Source of the DNA: an uncultured Clostridium sp.
GTDB taxonomy: Bacteria; Bacillota; Clostridia; TANB77; CAG-508
Reading direction: 5' to 3'
Assembly: GCA_902492105.1 (NCBI GenBank)
Contig: CABUKD010000002.1
Coordinates: forward strand, 9,155 to 73,154
Length of the DNA stretch: 64,000 bases
In this document: piece after piece, positions 10,164 to 18,749 of the stretch
How positions within the stretch are numbered: the first letter of the stretch is position 1
How the letters are laid out: the number at the start of each line of letters is the position of its first letter
Position numbers and translations under genes: made by a program
The notes under the pieces: generated by a model
Database searches by the model: none
Seen by the model: only the letters and a program-made list of their open reading frames with translations
Told to the model about the DNA's origin: nothing

Positions 10164-10177
10164 TTTTCTACCTTTCT

Positions 10178-10552
10178 TTATTTAAATAAAATGGTAAAAG
10201 AAGCTACTGCATAATCTTGTAAATGAGAAATACTTAAATCCATAGTTTCTATATTTTGTATTCCCAATTCTTTTATATTAACAATTGGCTTTCCATTTTC
10301 TTCTTTTAAGATTTCAATTTTTGTTAAAATATTGTCTTCTTTTTCTGAAATAGCAAAAGAAATGGCTTTATAAATAGCTTCTTTTGCAGCAAATCTTGCA
10401 GCATAATGTTGATATTTCATTTTGTTGGTTTTTTCACAATATTCTATTTCTTTTGGCGTATATACAGTTTGTAAAAAACGTTTTCCTTGCTTTTCTATAG
10501 CTTCTTCTATTCTTTTTACTTCTATGATATCTATTCCAGTTTGAATTTTCAT
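10178..10552 (-). CDS. acpS: Holo-[acyl-carrier-protein] synthase
   Basis: The 124-aa protein has GIDIIEVKRIE...FAAKEAIYKA...ISHLQDYAVA, the AcpS 4'-phosphopantetheinyl transferase pattern. Confidence 0.9.
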   Translation of the reverse strand: MKIQTGIDIIEVKRIEEAIEKQGKRFLQTVYTPKEIEYCEKTNKMKYQHYAARFAAKEAIYKAISFAISEKEDNILTKIEILKEENGKPIVNIKELGIQNIETMDLSISHLQDYAVASFTILFK

Positions 10553-10675
10553 TTTGCTCTCTTTCTATGGGTTTATTCTAACTTTCCCTATTCTGCTTAT
10601 CCTTTTTTATATTTATTACATTGTTTATTTTTTTATTATGGACATAGTTTTTTTGGCATTGAGCTCTATTTTTGG

Positions 10676-11911
10676 CTAATGATTTCCAAAAATAAAAACT
10701 AAATTAATAATATTTATAACAAGCATAATAGCAATAATAGCTATAATCCATTTATTGCTTTTATTTGTTTTCTTTATTTCATATTCTTTATATAGCAAGT
10801 CATATTCACTTTTTAGTTTTAGAAAAGTATCTTCCAAATTCTGCTCTTTGCGATAATACTTTTCTAAAATCATTCCTTTTGGATCTGTAGTTGCCTCGTA
10901 AATCCAATCTCTTTTTGCAAAACTTAGAAATTCTTCCTTGATATTTTCAAACTTTTTAGATTGTACAAATTCATAATTTAATTTTTTTAAATATAATTTT
11001 TGATAAAGGCGATATAAAGCATGATATAATTGCTCATTCTCATATTGAAATAATAGTTTTGTATAATTATTTACATTATTTTCTGTAGTTAAAAGGACCG
11101 TACTATTAGCAGAAAATCCATAATATATATATTTTTCTTGGTAGCAATTTTCTTTTTGTGAAATACTATCATTTATTTGTTCTCCTGCTGGCCTAATATA
11201 ACAATATTTCATAAACTCTTTTTCTAACATGGTAAGATCTGTATGTTCGTTCCAACTTGCCGCATCTAAACAAGTATAACTATAAGTAAAAAATCGATTT
11301 GTATCAATATTCATCTTATTGGCTAAAATGTTAGGACCTACTATTGCTTTTAAAAACTCCGAAAAATTTTGCATGTTATTTAGTTTATTCGTTTGTATTT
11401 TAATCATGTCATATTCTTTAGAATGTCCTGTTTTAGACTGAATGTCTCTAAATTTATAATTAAAATTTAAAACATCTTCGAAATTAGAATTTGCATTTAA
11501 AGCTGTTTTCATTAATAAAAAACAAATTCCTGTACGAAAACATACAATTTCTACTTTAGTAATGTCAAAAAAGATACCATTTTTTTCTCCTACCTTACCT
11601 GGAATATCTTTTTCCAAGGCATAATCAAAAATATTACATGCTTTTTGAGCTAAAAGAGTAGATTTCATTTTTAAATCTAATTTTTCATAGTCTCTAATTG
11701 CTTCTTTACTAAGATCTAATGACCAGAATATTTTTTCTTTTATTTCTGGCAAAAAGTAAGAGTCTATTTCAATATCTTTGTTTCTATCAAACCATTTTAA
11801 AGTACACTGTTTTTTTCTTAACAGTTGGTATAAATAACTTTGATAGTTTTTCTGCTCTATCACAAATGGATAGAGAAAATAAGTATATTGATATTTTGTC
11901 TTTAGTTCCAT
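10676..11911 (-). CDS. Hypothetical protein with C-terminal TM anchor
   Basis: This is a long ORF. The start is more likely MELKTKYQ at 11911 (GAAGGG 6 nt upstream) than the track start at 11968. It has a single C-terminal TM helix (WIIAIIAIMLVINIINLVFIF). I do not recognise a family with confidence. Confidence 0.6.
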   Translation of the reverse strand: MELKTKYQYTYFLYPFVIEQKNYQSYLYQLLRKKQCTLKWFDRNKDIEIDSYFLPEIKEKIFWSLDLSKEAIRDYEKLDLKMKSTLLAQKACNIFDYALEKDIPGKVGEKNGIFFDITKVEIVCFRTGICFLLMKTALNANSNFEDVLNFNYKFRDIQSKTGHSKEYDMIKIQTNKLNNMQNFSEFLKAIVGPNILANKMNIDTNRFFTYSYTCLDAASWNEHTDLTMLEKEFMKYCYIRPAGEQINDSISQKENCYQEKYIYYGFSANSTVLLTTENNVNNYTKLLFQYENEQLYHALYRLYQKLYLKKLNYEFVQSKKFENIKEEFLSFAKRDWIYEATTDPKGMILEKYYRKEQNLEDTFLKLKSEYDLLYKEYEIKKTNKSNKWIIAIIAIMLVINIINLVFIFGNH

Positions 11912-11999
11912 TGTTTTCCCTTCTTTTTTATGATGTTTTTCTCTATTTTGATTGTTTTTAGTGATCATTTAAGCCACGCACACTATATTCTTACTAATT

Positions 12000-13526
12000 T
12001 TATTGGTCTGTATAATAATCTAAATTTAAATCTTCTCCTCTATGCCATTTTCCAATAAATTCAATCATAGAATTATTTACTAATTGGTAAGCAGGTGCAA
12101 TTACTACTTTTCCTGTAGAATCAATGCATCCCCACATTCCATTTTGCTTTACACTACTATAACCAAATACATTTTGTTCTGTAGCATCATCATAAATATA
12201 ATCCACTACTACTATGCCATCTTTATTCACATAACCATATTTTCCATCTTTTTTGTCTAAGAAGAGAGTATTACCAGTTAATAATTCCCTATTTGTTTTT
12301 TCTTCAAAGCGGAAATTATAGTATTTGTATTCTCCATCTACTCTAATTTTCATATAGCCACTTTCTGTGTTTATCTCTGATAAAATACCAGATACTTTTA
12401 CTTGAAAATCATTTCCGATAAAGTCTGTATTAATAGCATCTTTTTTACTACCTTCTAAAAATCCTGCGTCTTTCCTATAAATTAAGCTTTCATATTCTGG
12501 TTTTAAAACAGTTTCTCCTGCTAAATTCATAACGCCATATTTCTTGTCCTTTTTAAAAATGTAGTTATCATTGAAGGTATAACTCATATCTTCATACTTT
12601 AATCCAATTCTAGTTTCTCCCTCCAAAGTCATTACTCCACATTTTTTATCTTTTTGAACAATAACATTGTTTCCATTAATAGAAAGTACTTTGTCGAATT
12701 TATCTTTTAAATATACATTGCCTTCAGTGTCCACAATTTGCCATTTACCATCTTCTTTTACCACATATTTGCCATCACCATAAAGTTGCTTAATATCTTG
12801 GTATTGTGGTTTTATTGCAATTGTTTTGTCATAATTAATAACTCCGGCTTTGTCTTTTGAATCTACTACAATGTATCCATTTTCGTTTTTATCAGAAATA
12901 GGTTTAATAGATTTATAATTAGTTTCTGCTATAAAAGCTCCAATATTATCTACTAATCCATATAGGTCTCCTTTTTTCGTTAAAATACTATTTTGTACGC
13001 CCTTCAAAGTTTCAATTTTGTCATATTCACATGGTAGAAGTTCTTTTCCATTAAAGTCCACTAAGCCATATTTTCCTTCTTTAGAAACTACTAATACATC
13101 ATCTTCATACCATAAATTGTTACTTTCATCATAATTTTCTAAAGCTTGTATGGTGTCATAACCTGTAATAATTTCTTCTGCTTTTTTATTAATTACTCTT
13201 GTTTTGTAAGTTCCATCCGCATAGTTTACGTCATAAGTGCACAAAAATACGTCTTTACTGTGGTCTGGAATAATAATAGTTTCCTCATAAGTTGGGTCTA
13301 TAACAGTTTCTCCTTTGGAATTAATAACTCCCCATTTGCCTCCTGTATATACTGCATAGTAGCTATTGGCAACGGTTCTTTCTTGTACTTTTCCTCCACC
13401 TTGTGCAAGTTTGGTAATTCCTATTACTACCATAATAATAACTGCAAGAGCAATAATCACTGCAATTACTTTTTTAACATTTAGCTTTGGTGTTCCGCCT
13501 TCGTATCTACGACCTTTATTTGCCAT
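12000..13526 (-). CDS. WG-repeat (KWG) protein with N-terminal membrane anchor
   Basis: The GKWGVINSKGETVIDPTYE / GKYGLVDFNGKELLPCEYD / GKYGYVNKDGIVVVDYIYD units are repeated. The start is probably MANKGRRY at 13526, with GGAGG 7 nt upstream. Confidence 0.8.
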   Translation of the reverse strand: MANKGRRYEGGTPKLNVKKVIAVIIALAVIIMVVIGITKLAQGGGKVQERTVANSYYAVYTGGKWGVINSKGETVIDPTYEETIIIPDHSKDVFLCTYDVNYADGTYKTRVINKKAEEIITGYDTIQALENYDESNNLWYEDDVLVVSKEGKYGLVDFNGKELLPCEYDKIETLKGVQNSILTKKGDLYGLVDNIGAFIAETNYKSIKPISDKNENGYIVVDSKDKAGVINYDKTIAIKPQYQDIKQLYGDGKYVVKEDGKWQIVDTEGNVYLKDKFDKVLSINGNNVIVQKDKKCGVMTLEGETRIGLKYEDMSYTFNDNYIFKKDKKYGVMNLAGETVLKPEYESLIYRKDAGFLEGSKKDAINTDFIGNDFQVKVSGILSEINTESGYMKIRVDGEYKYYNFRFEEKTNRELLTGNTLFLDKKDGKYGYVNKDGIVVVDYIYDDATEQNVFGYSSVKQNGMWGCIDSTGKVVIAPAYQLVNNSMIEFIGKWHRGEDLNLDYYTDQ

Positions 13527-13579
13527 ATGTTTTACCTCCAATTGGTATCTATAAAATTTACTTTATTATATAAATAAAT

Positions 13580-13609
13580 ATAGTATAGCCTATTTTATAG
13601 CTATACTAT
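13580..13609 (-). terminator. Putative terminator hairpin after the 721-aa pilin-like gene
   Basis: A 10-bp perfect stem pairs atagtatagc (13580-13589) with gctatactat (13600-13609). The trailing sequence on the minus strand is AT-rich. Confidence 0.4.
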
Positions 13610-13665
13610 ATCATATTTGTGTACATAATTACAAGGTATTTAATTAAGTTTTATGAGATTTTGTA

Positions 13666-15831
13666 CTAGGTACCTAATGTGTATGGATCATCTGATGTTC
13701 CACTTCCCCCTGTTACTTTGATTCCAGTTTTTAGTGTAAATATTGGACGAATGCCATAAGTAGCACTAATTGAACTAATACCACCTGCTTTCACAGTGCA
13801 CAAGTCGCTAGCATTGCTTATACTGCCACTACCGCTTGCATATATTATACCAAAATAGCAACCATATGAGCTTGCATCTATAGTACGCGATGCTACCCAG
13901 TAAGTATCACCTATACCATATATTCCTAGTGCTCTCATTTGATTCCAATCTATTTGATGTTTATTATCTGCATTTTTAAACTTTCCGTTATAATTTTTCA
14001 TAAAACTTTCACTACTTGTAAACATTCCGGCTCCATCATAATTTGGATCATTTGGAACACTTCCTACACTTCTTACCTTATCTGCATAAGTTGTATTTAT
14101 ATATTTAGTTCCTGCATTATTTAGTATCGTTATTGCATTATTATATGAATTCATTGCTGTATTAAAATCACTACTTCCTAAAGTTACATCTCCTAACGTT
14201 TCCATTGTAATTATTTGTATTCCATAACTTGAATAATTTGCATTTTCTGGTCCATATAATACTACACATTTTATTGTTTGACCTGTTCCATCCTCATAAT
14301 ATACATATTTTCCTTCCTTTAATACTTCATTTATACTTGGAAGCGCAGGATTTACTGTTACACTACATGTTGCTTGCATGTTGCTTCCGTCATTTGCTTT
14401 TACTGTTATTGTTGTTGTTCCTTCTGTTTTGGCTGTTACTAAGCCTGTATTACTTACTGTTGCAATATTATTATTGTTACTACTCCAAGTTACTGATTTA
14501 TTATTTGCATTATTTGGTGTTATTGTTACGCTTAATTGTTTTGTTTGTCCTTCTTCTAATATCACACTAGTTGGACTTACTGTTATTCCTGTTACTAATT
14601 GTGTTACGCTTATTCCTTGTGATATGCTTTCTATTTTATTTCCTGCTTTGTCTACTGTTAATACATGTAAATAGTAAGTTCCTGGCGTACTTGCATTTAA
14701 TGTAATTGGCTGATCATTGCTAAATGCATTGGTATAACTACTTTCTTCTGTTCCTATTGGATTTTGGTTCATGTTATATATCCATTTACATTTTGTAAGT
14801 TCTACTCCACTTTCATTATCTGTATGAGTTACTGTAGCTGTTATACTTCCTGTTGTTGTAACACTTGTTCCACTTAATTCTATTTTTGCTTGTTGCGGTT
14901 TTTGGTTATCTAAAATATTTATACTTGTATACTCTGTTATATTTGTTCCATCACTTAATACCGCATATACCACATCTCCATATTTCAAGCCTGTTATTCC
15001 CTGTGTATCATCATAAGGAAGGTATGTTCCCTCTATATTATTTATTTGATATAAAATATTTACATTTTGCACTTGTGTTTCTAAATGGATAGTTGCTGTT
15101 CTATTATTCCATTGTGTTTCTCCTTTTTGAGTAATAATTCCTTTTAATTCTCCTATTAGCACTTCTGTTACTTTTTCTGTTGTTCCATTTTCGTTGGTTG
15201 CTTCCACTTTTATTTCATATGTTGTTTTATCTGTTAGTCCTGTTATACTTACTGTTAAGTCTGTTGTGTCTCCTTTTACTAGTTGATAGTTTTCGCTTGG
15301 TTCATCTTTTTGTTTATAATAATAGCTTAATGTCCCTCCATTTAATCTACTTACACTTACTTGTAATTCTACGCTATTTGTTGTTTGGCTTATTACTGTT
15401 ATTTCTTTAATATATGGTAATAAATTATCTTCTTTTCCTATGTAGTCTACCTCTACATCATCATATTCATTGATATGAATGTGAAATTTATATCCTTCTG
15501 GTACAGTAATGATATAATTTCCATTATCATCCATTTTTTCTACATCTTTATCTTTGTTTTCTATAATTCCTGCATTTTGCATATCTTGCCATAGATCATC
15601 TACTGTTACTGTATCATCTAATTGCCTCTTTAATGACCAATTGATTCCTACAATTCCTATTCTATCTTTGTAGCTTGCTATCAGTTGCTCTTCTTTAGAT
15701 TGTTTTGCTAAGTCTATAATTCCACCATCTCCAATGGCAGTTTGAATAGTTATTCCTGCTAAAATTAGCAAAATTACAATAGTTACTACTAGTGCAATTA
15801 GTGTAATTCCCTTTTCTTGTATTTTTTTCAT
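13666..15831 (-). CDS. Surface protein with prepilin-like N-terminus (no Glu+5), FN3-like and Big_2 domains, and a WxASR...GxRPxFTLK C-terminal module
   Basis: MKKIQEKG|ITLIALVVTIVILLILAGITI resembles a class III signal, but position +5 is Ala. The Big_2 segment is VTGITVSPTSVILEEGQTKQL...TITVKANDGS. The RBS GGGGG lies 8 nt upstream. It is a paralog of 16278..18473. Confidence 0.85.
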   Translation of the reverse strand: MKKIQEKGITLIALVVTIVILLILAGITIQTAIGDGGIIDLAKQSKEEQLIASYKDRIGIVGINWSLKRQLDDTVTVDDLWQDMQNAGIIENKDKDVEKMDDNGNYIITVPEGYKFHIHINEYDDVEVDYIGKEDNLLPYIKEITVISQTTNSVELQVSVSRLNGGTLSYYYKQKDEPSENYQLVKGDTTDLTVSITGLTDKTTYEIKVEATNENGTTEKVTEVLIGELKGIITQKGETQWNNRTATIHLETQVQNVNILYQINNIEGTYLPYDDTQGITGLKYGDVVYAVLSDGTNITEYTSINILDNQKPQQAKIELSGTSVTTTGSITATVTHTDNESGVELTKCKWIYNMNQNPIGTEESSYTNAFSNDQPITLNASTPGTYYLHVLTVDKAGNKIESISQGISVTQLVTGITVSPTSVILEEGQTKQLSVTITPNNANNKSVTWSSNNNNIATVSNTGLVTAKTEGTTTITVKANDGSNMQATCSVTVNPALPSINEVLKEGKYVYYEDGTGQTIKCVVLYGPENANYSSYGIQIITMETLGDVTLGSSDFNTAMNSYNNAITILNNAGTKYINTTYADKVRSVGSVPNDPNYDGAGMFTSSESFMKNYNGKFKNADNKHQIDWNQMRALGIYGIGDTYWVASRTIDASSYGCYFGIIYASGSGSISNASDLCTVKAGGISSISATYGIRPIFTLKTGIKVTGGSGTSDDPYTLGT

Positions 15832-15954
15832 TTCTTGTTCCCCCTAAGCTTTAGTTATTTTTAGCATTTTTCTATTTTTTATTCTTTTGATTAGTTGATT
15901 TATAAATTTTCGTTTGTATTTTTTATTTCATTATACTATTCTTTTATTTCTATG

Positions 15955-16196
15955 TAAAGAAAAAAGAAGATGAATTATGTATTTTTCCTACATAACCCAT
16001 CTTTTAAATTCTGATATTTTATATATAATTTTGGTACAACAAATAAAACTAAATATTCTTCAGTTGTTGGTTTAAAAGTTAACTCTCTCTCTCTCTCTCT
16101 CTTACTGTTTCAATACCTTCAAGCATTTTTGTTTTTTCTCCTTCGCTCTTTTCTTTTTTCTACCTCCATTATACCAATATGCATTTTATTTTTCAA
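15955..16196 (-). promoter_or_regulatory. Leader module copy 1: sigmaA promoter, leader ORF with (AG)10, intrinsic terminator
   Basis: The promoter reads, on the minus strand, TTGAAA (16196-16191), N17, TGgTATAAT (-10 at 16173-16168). The RBS GGAG (16141-16138) precedes ATG 16126-16124. The terminator pairs 16003-15989 with 15981-15967 and is followed by CUUUUUUCUUU. Positions 7 and 8 of the stem are G-U pairs only in the minus-strand RNA. Confidence 0.7.
16083..16102. repeat. (CT)10 / (AG)10 dinucleotide microsatellite
   Basis: Counted directly: 10 CT units between gttaa and tactg. Confidence 0.97.
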
Positions 16197-16277
16197 GTAA
16201 TTTTTTATGTTCCTTATGCTGATTAAAAACCTATATTACTTATGAAAATTTAATATATTCTCCCAATATATTGTTAA

Positions 16278-18473
16278 CTATATTCCCAATGTGTATGGAT
16301 CATCTGATGTTCCACTTCCCCCTGTTACTTTGATTCCAGGTTTTAGTGTAAAAACAGGTCTTAGCCCATGAGTAAAGCTATTTGAGCTAAAAGTTCCCGT
16401 ATCATAGATATAACATAAATTTTCATTTGTTAAATTACCAGTAGTACCCATATAGTATATATCAAAATAAACATCTTCCTTGTGTGAAGTTACATGACGA
16501 GAAGCTAACCAATAATTCTGATCGGAAGCTGCTATTCCTAATTTTGTCATCTGTTCGCGATCTGTTAAGTAGTTATTATCTCCTTTTAAAAATGAACCAC
16601 TATATTTTTGTGAAAATGATATATATTGGTATTCAGTAGCTTGGGAATTTTTATTATTTGGTACACTTCCGACACTCCTTACATCATTTGCATAAGTTGT
16701 ATTTAAGTATGTTTCTGCTTTTTTATTTAGTATATAAATTATTGCGGTATTATATGAATTCATTGCTGTATTAAAATAAGTTTCATCTTTATATTGATCA
16801 CTGCCTGTTCCATTTCCCAACTCTACATCTTCAACTGTATCTTTTGTAATAATTTGCACTCCATAACTTGAATAATTTGAATTTTCTGGTCCATATAATA
16901 CAATACATTTTCTAGTTACTCCTGTTCCGTCTACATATTGCACATAGTTTCCTTCTTTTAAAGTATTTTCTACTAAGAGTGGTTTTTTTATAGTTACTGT
17001 ACATGTTGCTTGCATGTTGCTTCCATCATTTGCTTTTACTGTTATTGTTGCTGTTCCTTCTGTTTTGGCCGTTACTAAGCCTGTACTACTTACTGTGGCT
17101 ATATTTGTATTATTACTACTCCAACTTACTGCTTTGTTACTTGCATTGTCTGGTGTTATGCTTGCTGTTAATTGCTGTGTTTGTCCTTCTTCTAAAGTTA
17201 AACTTGTTGGACTTACTGTTATTCCCGTTACTAATTGTGTTACTGTTACCCCTTGTGATATACTTTCTAATTTATTTCCTACTTTATCTGCTGTTAATAC
17301 ATGTAAATAATAGGTTCCTACTGTACTTGCACTTAATGTTATTTTTTCTCCATCACTACTAAAACTATTTGTATAATTACTTGCTTCTGTTCCTATTGGG
17401 TTTGAATTTGTGTTATATTCCCATTTACAATTTCCAATATCTACTCCAGTTTCATTATCTATATGCGTTACCGTTGCTATGATACTTCCTGTTGTATTCG
17501 TAGTATTTCCACTTAATTCTATTTGTGCATTTTGTGGATTTATTTGGTCTAAAATATCAATACTAGTATATCCACTTTGATTGATTCCATCTGTTATTAG
17601 TGCATATACAGTTTGACCATGATTTAGTCCTGTAATTGGTCCTTTATAATCTAGCCATTGTCCTTCTGTTCCTCCTACTTGATATTGAATAGTTACTCCT
17701 GTTTCTGTTGTTTCTAATTCTATTGTTGCTGTTCCATTACTCCATACTGTTTCTCCTTTTTGGTTAACTGCTCCTGTTAATTCACCTGTTGTTACATTGA
17801 TTACTTTTTCAGCTGTTCCGTTTTCATCTTCTACTACTACTTTTATATTATACACTTTTTGTTGTTCTAAGCCTGTAAAATCTGCTGTTAAGTCTTTTAC
17901 TCCTTCTTTGGATGCTACATAACTACTATCTGGTTCTCCATCTTTTTTATAATAATAGCTTAAACTTACTTCTCCTTCTGATCTTGTAATTTCTACTTCT
18001 ATATGAATACTATTACTTCCACTAGTTGAAGTAATTTCTCCTATTTTTGGTGGCAAACTATCTCCTTTTACCACATCTCCTATACTAACATTTCCATCTG
18101 GACTCACAATAATTTCTACAATATATCCTTCATTTGTTGTTAATTCGTATCTATCATTTTCTCCATCTTTTTCTGGTCCTGCTACATCTTCATCTGGATT
18201 ATCGATTATATCTGCATCTACCATTTTGTCCCATAAATCATCTACTGTTACAGTTGGATCTACTGCTCTTCCTATACTCCAATCTGCTATTACATTATTG
18301 ATTCTATCTTTCAATGCCCCTATTTCATGTTCTATTTTTGCTTGATTTGCTATGTCAAAAATGCCTCCATTGCTAAATAGTAGATTGATGGTTATTCCTG
18401 CTAATATGAGTAATACTACTATAGTTACTACTAGTGCTATTAAAGTGATACCTTTCTCATTTTTTTCTTTCAT
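16278..18473 (-). CDS. Surface protein with prepilin-like N-terminus, FN3-like and Big_2 domains (paralog of 13666..15831)
   Basis: The N-terminus is MKEKNEKG|ITLIALVVTIVVLLILAGITI. The Big_2 segment is VTGITVSPTSLTLEEGQTQQL... The C-terminus LRPVFTLKPGIKVTGGSGTSDDPYTLG is almost identical to its paralog's. Confidence 0.85.
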   Translation of the reverse strand: MKEKNEKGITLIALVVTIVVLLILAGITINLLFSNGGIFDIANQAKIEHEIGALKDRINNVIADWSIGRAVDPTVTVDDLWDKMVDADIIDNPDEDVAGPEKDGENDRYELTTNEGYIVEIIVSPDGNVSIGDVVKGDSLPPKIGEITSTSGSNSIHIEVEITRSEGEVSLSYYYKKDGEPDSSYVASKEGVKDLTADFTGLEQQKVYNIKVVVEDENGTAEKVINVTTGELTGAVNQKGETVWSNGTATIELETTETGVTIQYQVGGTEGQWLDYKGPITGLNHGQTVYALITDGINQSGYTSIDILDQINPQNAQIELSGNTTNTTGSIIATVTHIDNETGVDIGNCKWEYNTNSNPIGTEASNYTNSFSSDGEKITLSASTVGTYYLHVLTADKVGNKLESISQGVTVTQLVTGITVSPTSLTLEEGQTQQLTASITPDNASNKAVSWSSNNTNIATVSSTGLVTAKTEGTATITVKANDGSNMQATCTVTIKKPLLVENTLKEGNYVQYVDGTGVTRKCIVLYGPENSNYSSYGVQIITKDTVEDVELGNGTGSDQYKDETYFNTAMNSYNTAIIYILNKKAETYLNTTYANDVRSVGSVPNNKNSQATEYQYISFSQKYSGSFLKGDNNYLTDREQMTKLGIAASDQNYWLASRHVTSHKEDVYFDIYYMGTTGNLTNENLCYIYDTGTFSSNSFTHGLRPVFTLKPGIKVTGGSGTSDDPYTLGI

Positions 18474-18547
18474 CTGTTGTTCCTCCCATAATTTTTTACT
18501 TATCTTTTCCTTTTCTGCCTATTTTTATTCTTGTTTTTTCTATTTCA

Positions 18548-18699
18548 AATTGCTAAGATATATTTTCGCATTTTTCATAATTGAGGACCATTTGTTTAAT
18601 AGATATTTTGATTTTTGTATTCGTTTTAAAGAAAGTGTGTTGTTATTCACAAGCCTATGGGACGAGCTTATGAAAAAAAGAAAATATATCTTAGCAATT
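18548..18699 (-). repeat. Family-1 hairpin-bounded element, copy B (inverted relative to A and C; inserted in the leader of 16278..18473)
   Basis: A 20-bp perfect terminal inverted repeat pairs aattgctaagatatattttc (18548-18567) with gaaaatatatcttagcaatt (18680-18699). The interior contains the reverse complements of TCGTCCCATAGGCTTGTGAAT and ACAAATGGTCCTCAA. The paralogous leader of 13666..15831 lacks this element. Confidence 0.75.
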
Positions 18700-18749
18700 A
18701 GGTTATTAAAGCATTTTTATTTCATTATACTATTCTTTTATTTCTATGT

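Noticed and set aside
14229-14674. Leu-rich plus-strand ORFs antisense to the large surface-protein genes: 14229..14570, 14378..14674, 17003..17362, 17014..17310, 49719..50525, 51386..52060 and 52142..52570
   Set aside because: These are shadow frames of long minus-strand genes. They have extreme low-complexity composition and no RBS. The sense-strand products have clear domain architecture.
16083-16196. (CT)n as a classical promoter-spacer phase-variation tract, changing the -35/-10 distance
   Set aside because: A near-consensus promoter with a fixed 17-nt spacer lies about 65 nt upstream of the tract in all four copies. The tract is therefore transcribed, not part of the promoter core.
13666-18473. 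Diversity-generating retroelement acting on the variable paralogous surface proteins
   Set aside because: The window contains no reverse transcriptase gene and no template/variable repeat pair with adenine-specific mismatches. The similarity between paralogs is ordinary mosaic identity.
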